Assembly: GCA_963854585.1 (NCBI GenBank)
Contig: CAWKZU010000005.1
Span: forward strand, 13,806-77,805
Length of the DNA stretch: 64,000 bases
Reading direction: 5' to 3'
Source: Gammaproteobacteria bacterium
GTDB lineage: Bacteria > Pseudomonadota > Gammaproteobacteria > Pseudomonadales > Porticoccaceae
Shown here: piece by piece, positions 63,073 to 64,000 of the stretch
Layout of the letters: each line of letters opens with the position of its first letter
Numbering within the stretch: the first letter of the stretch is position 1
Program-made: the position numbers and the translations under genes
Notes under the pieces: model-generated
Seen by the model: only the letters and a program-made list of their open reading frames with translations
Database searches by the model: none
What the model was told of the DNA's origin: nothing

Positions 63073-63468
63073 ATGCTTAAACAAGATATTTTTCTTTGTA
63101 ATTTGGACGACCTTGCCGAACAAGAGGCCGTAGAGCTCAGCGTTGAGCATTGCCCCCTATTTGCCGTGCGCCATAACGATAACCTTTATGCCTACTGGAA
63201 CAGCTGCCCGCATGTAGGTGTGCCGCTGAACTGGATGCCCGGTAAATTTCTGGACATAGACAAAACTTTTATTCAATGTTCATCCCACGGGGCGATATTT
63301 GGAATTGACAGCGGTAAATGTGTTTCGGGCCCCTGCGTGGGTGATCACCTAAGTCCCGTTGTATTAAAACAAAAAGATACTGGCTTTTATGTCGCGGCAG
63401 ACCAACGCCTACCCAAGCCACCGATTAATCTTCGCGCTCAAGCGCTGGCAGATCTTGAAGACAGTTAA
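63073..63468 (+). CDS. Small Rieske (2Fe-2S) ferredoxin-like protein
   Basis: NSCPHVG and QCSSHGA..G.C..GPC. Confidence 0.9.
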   Translation: MLKQDIFLCNLDDLAEQEAVELSVEHCPLFAVRHNDNLYAYWNSCPHVGVPLNWMPGKFLDIDKTFIQCSSHGAIFGIDSGKCVSGPCVGDHLSPVVLKQKDTGFYVAADQRLPKPPINLRAQALADLEDS

Positions 63469-64000
63469 TCGACTTATGTAATATAATTTCCTCTGCACTT
63501 ATCTTGGCACCCCAAGCCATTACTTCAACACCTCTAGATATTGCAAGCGTCAGCGTCTGTGCATAGACCGGATCAATATCTGCCGCCACCTCTATTCGTT
63601 CAACATTGGTTAACTGGGCACAGAAAAACAAGATGGCGCGATGTCCTGACTCTACCATTGAAATTAATTCACGTAGGTGCTTTGTACCGCGACTAGTGAC
63701 TGAATCAGGAAAGCTTGCAAGACCCTTGCCTCTATCCATAGTCACATTCTTAACCTCCACATAGCAATCTCGAAGACCGCTGGCACTATCCTTGAGCAAA
63801 AAATCAATACGGCTTTTTTCTTCACCATAGGGCACCTCTGCTGTCACTTGGTCATAGCACGCTAATTCCTCGATGATCCCACTATCTATGGCATGACGCA
63901 CTAAATGATTCGCGCGCACAGTGTTCACACCCGCTAAATTACCATGGCTAGTGGTTACTATCTCTAAGGTTCCTGGTAATTTCCGCTTGGGATTATCAGA
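63425..64000 (-). CDS. sfsA: DNA/RNA nuclease SfsA, 5' end outside the window
   Basis: Frame open to the window edge (SDNPKRKLPGTLE...); EVPYG..SRIDFLL, YVEVKNVT, FPDSVTSRGTKHL, DPVYA. Confidence 0.95.
   Translation of the reverse strand, partial: SDNPKRKLPGTLEIVTTSHGNLAGVNTVRANHLVRHAIDSGIIEELACYDQVTAEVPYGEEKSRIDFLLKDSASGLRDCYVEVKNVTMDRGKGLASFPDSVTSRGTKHLRELISMVESGHRAILFFCAQLTNVERIEVAADIDPVYAQTLTLAISRGVEVMAWGAKISAEEIILHKSINCLQDLPALERED

Overview
Compact, gene-dense bacterial chromosome segment, mostly core genome. Gene content and order resemble marine Gammaproteobacteria of the Cellvibrionales/SAR92 type; this is inferred from synteny and no search was run. Core blocks: trmJ-iscRSUA-hscBA, arsC-wrbA-sppA/hda/purMN, dcd-apbC-metG-rsxABCDGE, argG-pyrC-rnt, maeB, rsmI/lpoA-yraN-SIS-BON, sspAB-petAB(C)-rplM/rpsI-zapE/yhcB, comF-cysE, efp-epmA, serB, dgkA-cysE and sfsA. 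Accessory-looking inserts: (1) a DUF3604 PHP-like hydrolase / parvulin-like foldase / HupE-UreJ operon next to an APC permease and an aldehyde dehydrogenase (5.4-12.3 kb); (2) two VOC proteins, a PhzF-family isomerase and a serine-racemase-like PLP enzyme (30.9-33.9 kb); (3) an AgcS symporter and an AT-rich thioesterase. I found no tRNA, rRNA, CRISPR array, integrase or transposase. Best leads: the DUF3604 three-gene module, a cytochrome b-c1 fusion with an internal signal-peptide-like linker, the THSSGNHG racemase-type enzyme, a degenerate DiaA/GmhA-like SIS protein together with an Hda lacking the Walker A basic residue, two CysE paralogues, and head-to-head rsmI/lpoA genes sharing one CATG. 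Family assignments come from motif recognition in the translations, not from database searches. Several start codons were moved relative to the ORF track, as noted.
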